Below are positions 55,800 to 58,692 of a stretch of 58,692 bases of DNA, one piece after another. The notes under the pieces were generated by a model. That model saw nothing but the letters and a program-made list of their open reading frames with translations. It was not told the DNA's origin and did not search any database. The first letter of the stretch is position 1; each line of letters opens with the position of its first letter. Origin of the DNA: Acidimicrobiales bacterium (GTDB taxonomy: Bacteria; Actinomycetota; Acidimicrobiia; Acidimicrobiales; QHCF01). The stretch is taken from NCBI GenBank assembly GCA_036806345.1, contig DAIROT010000009.1, forward strand, positions 1 to 58,692. Direction: 5' to 3'. Made by a program: the position numbers and the translations under genes.

Positions 55800-57206
55800 T
55801 CAGGTCCCCCCGGCCGGGTGGAGGTAGGAGGTCGCGGAGGGCGCCCCTATAGCGGTGGTGGGAGGGGCGGGGGTCACGGCACCGGGCAAGCTGGCGGCCT
55901 CCCGAGCCAGGTTGGACACGTAGCGCTTGGCGGCCGCGAGGGACGGCTCCTGCTGGCCGTTGCGCAAGTCGTCGAGACGGGACGGGAGCACCGATGAGGT
56001 GGTCAGGCTGGTCTTATCGACCACGTGGGGTTTGAACCACAACAGGCCGCCAATCCGACCCTGGTATATGTCCACCCGGTTGCCGGACAGCCTCACGTAG
56101 TAGGAGTCGTTGGCGAACCAGGCCACCGCGGCGATGGCCCCTCCCAGCACGGCCAGCACCAGTACCACGAAGATCACCACCTTGACCGTGATGCGCCGGC
56201 GGATCTTGGGGGGGGTCGAGACTGGCTGTGCCGCGGCAGGTGGCGTTCGGGTCGGGACGCCCGGCGCACGGCTCTGGGCAGGCGCACGGCTCTGGGAGTG
56301 GGTGGGAGGCCGGTTGTCGTCCAGCACTGTGCCGGCCATCGTTCGCCCCGTTGCTCCAGCCGCCCTGACTGCCGGCATCGCCTGGGTCGACGGCAGCGCC
56401 TGGGTCAGCGCAGCTCCCGGCGCGCCACCAGCCACGGCCATTCGACCCCGCCCCGCTCCCCCCTTTGTGGGCGCCGAGTCATCGTCTTCGACCACGTCGA
56501 CCACCACCACCGTCGTGTTGTCGCTACCTCCGTGGGCCCGGGCCAGCCGGACCAGCTCGCGGGCGGCCCGACCAGGATCTGGCTGACGCCCCATCACTGC
56601 GCCGATCTCCTTGTCGGTCACCTCGTTGCTGAGACCGTCACTGCACAACAGCACCCGGTCACCGACCACGGCCTCGATGGTCACGGTGTCCACGTCGACC
56701 TCCCGCTCGATCCCAATGGCGCGCGTAAGGATGTGCCGACGGGGATTGTGAGCTGCCTCGCGAGCGGTCATCTCTCCCCGCCGGACCAGTTCTTCGACCA
56801 CGCTGTGGTCCAGTGTCAGCTGCATGAGTGAGCCGTCGTGGCGCAGATAGGCGCGCGAATCGCCCACATTGGCCACCGCCAGGCGTTCCTCTCCGTCCTC
56901 GTCCACCAAAGCCAACACGGTGAGGGTGCTGCCCATCCCGCTCAGCTCAGTGTCGTTCGCCGACTGCTCCCAAACAGCCAGATTGGCCGCCTCCACCGCC
57001 TCGACCAGGTCGTCGAGGGACGGTGCGGACTCGTCGAACACCTCTTGCAGAGCCTCCAGGGCCACCCGGGAGGCGACCTCACCTCCGGCGTGGCCCCCCA
57101 TACCATCGGCCACCGCGAAGAGGACCTCTCCACAAAAGACGGCGTCCTGGTTGGAACTGCGAACCCGACCGATATCAGTAGCCGAGCCCGATCTCAGACG
57201 CGTCAT
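55800..57206 (-). CDS. pstP: PP2C-family Ser/Thr phosphatase PstP with a TM helix and extracellular C-terminal domain
   Basis: PP2C motifs RSSNQDA, FAVADGMGGHAGGEVAS, LLCSDGLS and GGSDNTTVVVVD. TM helix VVIFVVLVLAVLGGAIAAVAWF. Confidence 0.92.
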   Translation of the reverse strand: MTRLRSGSATDIGRVRSSNQDAVFCGEVLFAVADGMGGHAGGEVASRVALEALQEVFDESAPSLDDLVEAVEAANLAVWEQSANDTELSGMGSTLTVLALVDEDGEERLAVANVGDSRAYLRHDGSLMQLTLDHSVVEELVRRGEMTAREAAHNPRRHILTRAIGIEREVDVDTVTIEAVVGDRVLLCSDGLSNEVTDKEIGAVMGRQPDPGRAARELVRLARAHGGSDNTTVVVVDVVEDDDSAPTKGGAGRGRMAVAGGAPGAALTQALPSTQAMPAVRAAGATGRTMAGTVLDDNRPPTHSQSRAPAQSRAPGVPTRTPPAAAQPVSTPPKIRRRITVKVVIFVVLVLAVLGGAIAAVAWFANDSYYVRLSGNRVDIYQGRIGGLLWFKPHVVDKTSLTTSSVLPSRLDDLRNGQQEPSLAAAKRYVSNLAREAASLPGAVTPAPPTTAIGAPSATSYLHPAGGT

Positions 57207-57778
57207 TGGCTCACCTCGAGCACGGTATTGCCGACCTTGAGACGGTCACCCTCATGCAAGAGGACCGGCGTGGTGAGCTTGCGGGTGTTGAGATACGTCC
57301 CATTGGTGGAACCGAGATCCTCCACCCATATCTCATCGTCTCGTCGAAAGACTCGGGCATGAATCTGGGAGGTGAAGCTGTCGTCACCAAGCTGCACGCC
57401 GCAGCCGGGAGCTCGACCGACTGTCACCTCGTCACCCAGCTCGAAGGTGCCCCCCCCGGGTGGCTCGATCACCTTGAGCCGAGTACCGGTCGCCGGCCGG
57501 GCCGTTCGGACGGTGCCCGCTCGAACAGCAGCCGGAGCCGCCGCCCGGCGAGGGGCGGGGGCCGGGGGGGGAGGGCGGCCGGCCCTGTCGGAGTCGCCTC
57601 CCGAACGGGTCCAGTCCGTCGCCGGTCGACCCCCGCTGGCCGGCGGGTCTCGGTCGGTGGAGGCAACGGTCCCGCCCCTGCGCACCTCCGACCACACCGC
57701 CGAGAGCACTCGTACGAAGAAGAGCCACACCAGAGCCACCAGAAAATACTTGAGGATGTTGAGCAGCTGATCCGACAC
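57203..57778 (-). CDS. fhaB: FHA-domain protein FhaB/FipA (N-terminal TM helix + C-terminal FHA)
   Basis: TM helix ILKYFLVALVWLFFVRVL. FHA core VTVGRAPGCGVQL.DDSFTSQIHARV......WVEDLGSTNGTYLN. Confidence 0.9.
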   Translation of the reverse strand: MSDQLLNILKYFLVALVWLFFVRVLSAVWSEVRRGGTVASTDRDPPASGGRPATDWTRSGGDSDRAGRPPPPAPAPRRAAAPAAVRAGTVRTARPATGTRLKVIEPPGGGTFELGDEVTVGRAPGCGVQLGDDSFTSQIHARVFRRDDEIWVEDLGSTNGTYLNTRKLTTPVLLHEGDRLKVGNTVLEVSQ

Positions 57779-57793
57779 CGTCCAGCCCCTGGC

Positions 57794-58453
57794 TCAGCCG
57801 ACCATCTCGAAGCTTATGACAGTGCTCCCAACGGTGATGACATCTCCGTCCCGTAGCGGCTGCTCGGTGGTCGGGGCACCATTGACCATGGTCCCATTGG
57901 TCGAACCGAGGTCGGCCACCAGCACCTGGGTCCCCGTCCGGCGAAGCTCGGCGTGGTGGCGGCTCACATTGGGATCGGACAGCACGACGCCGCAGTCCGG
58001 TTGGCGGCCGATCACCAGGACCTCGTCTTTCAACTCGATCCGCTCCCCATCGGGCAGGACCAGAGACGCCGGCAACCCACCGCCGGGTCCCTCCCGAACC
58101 TCTGCATCCACCTGAAAGATGCCAGGCCTCAGTGAGTCGTCCGCCGCCAGGCTCACCACCATTGGTCCGACCACCTCGTAGCCCTCACTACGAGCATGGT
58201 CCCTGGCCGCCTCCGTCAGCTCTCGGATCAGGACATCGGAGAACGGCTCGAAGCGGTGGTAGTCGCCCGGGGCCAGGACCACCTCGAAGTCATTGGGTGC
58301 GATGACACCCTGCACTCCCACGGTTCGGCGCAGATCCATCTCTCGAGCCAACCGTCGGCCAATCTCCACCGGCTGCAAGCCGCCTCTGAAAGCCTTGGCC
58401 ACGGCCCCCTCCACGAAGCGCTCGAGCCGTCGCTCGACATGCTGAAGTCCCAT
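57794..58453 (-). CDS. fhaA: FhaA (DUF3662 N-domain + C-terminal FHA domain), short-linker form
   Basis: N-terminus MGLQHVERRLERFVEGAVAKAFRGGLQPVEIGRRLAREM (DUF3662). C-terminal FHA LVIGRQPDCGVVLSDPNVSRHHAEL...LVADLGSTNGTMVNG. Confidence 0.9.
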   Translation of the reverse strand: MGLQHVERRLERFVEGAVAKAFRGGLQPVEIGRRLAREMDLRRTVGVQGVIAPNDFEVVLAPGDYHRFEPFSDVLIRELTEAARDHARSEGYEVVGPMVVSLAADDSLRPGIFQVDAEVREGPGGGLPASLVLPDGERIELKDEVLVIGRQPDCGVVLSDPNVSRHHAELRRTGTQVLVADLGSTNGTMVNGAPTTEQPLRDGDVITVGSTVISFEMVG

Positions 58454-58550
58454 GGTCGGATGCAGCCTACCCAGCCCGTCTCGGCAAGGGACAGAGGGGT
58501 CTCTCGTAAGGATGGCGTCAGGGCCGGTCGGGTAGCCTGGGCATCCACTC

Positions 58551-58637
<87 letters not shown>

Positions 58638-58692
58638 AGGGCTGTTCGCGTAACTCCCTGATTCCGTTCGCGAAACTGGGGGATTGAGTGCC

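Overview
High-GC, Actinomycetota-type chromosomal segment, mostly core genome and mostly on the minus strand. Left to right: partial tRNA-Trp, an ECF sigma / ZAS anti-sigma pair, rpmG (54 aa, below the ORF-track cutoff), tRNA-Met and tRNA-Thr, a GNAT, a GlsB/YeaQ-type small membrane protein and a GT87-like mannosyltransferase. Next come a decayed serine-recombinase relic in about 2 kb of ORF-poor DNA beside tRNA-Tyr, yajQ, and a small AT-richer islet carrying an MT-A70 DNA methyltransferase. These are followed by a HAD phosphatase, a large MprF/DUF2156-type membrane protein, the complete nuoA-N operon (nuoN reads in two frames), a lipoprotein/OmpA-like pair and a geranylgeranyl-reductase-family gene. 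The rex-hem cluster (hemL, hemB, cobA/hemD, hemC, hemA, sirC-like, rex) is interrupted by a Uma2 endonuclease, nhaA and a TetR relic. The right end holds proC, mshA, an XRE regulator, a tandem YbjQ protein, a Ser/Thr kinase, a PAP2 phosphatase, a DprA-like + ComF-type PRTase pair, a thiolase, crgA, trpG, the pknB-pbpA-pstP-fhaB-fhaA cluster and tRNA-Leu. The three leads I rank highest are: (1) the two-gene DprA-like/PRTase cassette, a candidate nucleotide-centred defence module; (2) the methyltransferase islet with a triple AGATCT operator-like repeat and a DUF4357-like mini-ORF; (3) recurrent tandem repeats, 15/18/21 bp at six loci. One of these forms a hexapeptide-repeat mini-ORF between rex and the hem genes. 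No CRISPR array, rRNA or intact transposase/integrase was seen. Most long ORFs opposite or overlapping the annotated genes are high-GC shadow ORFs.
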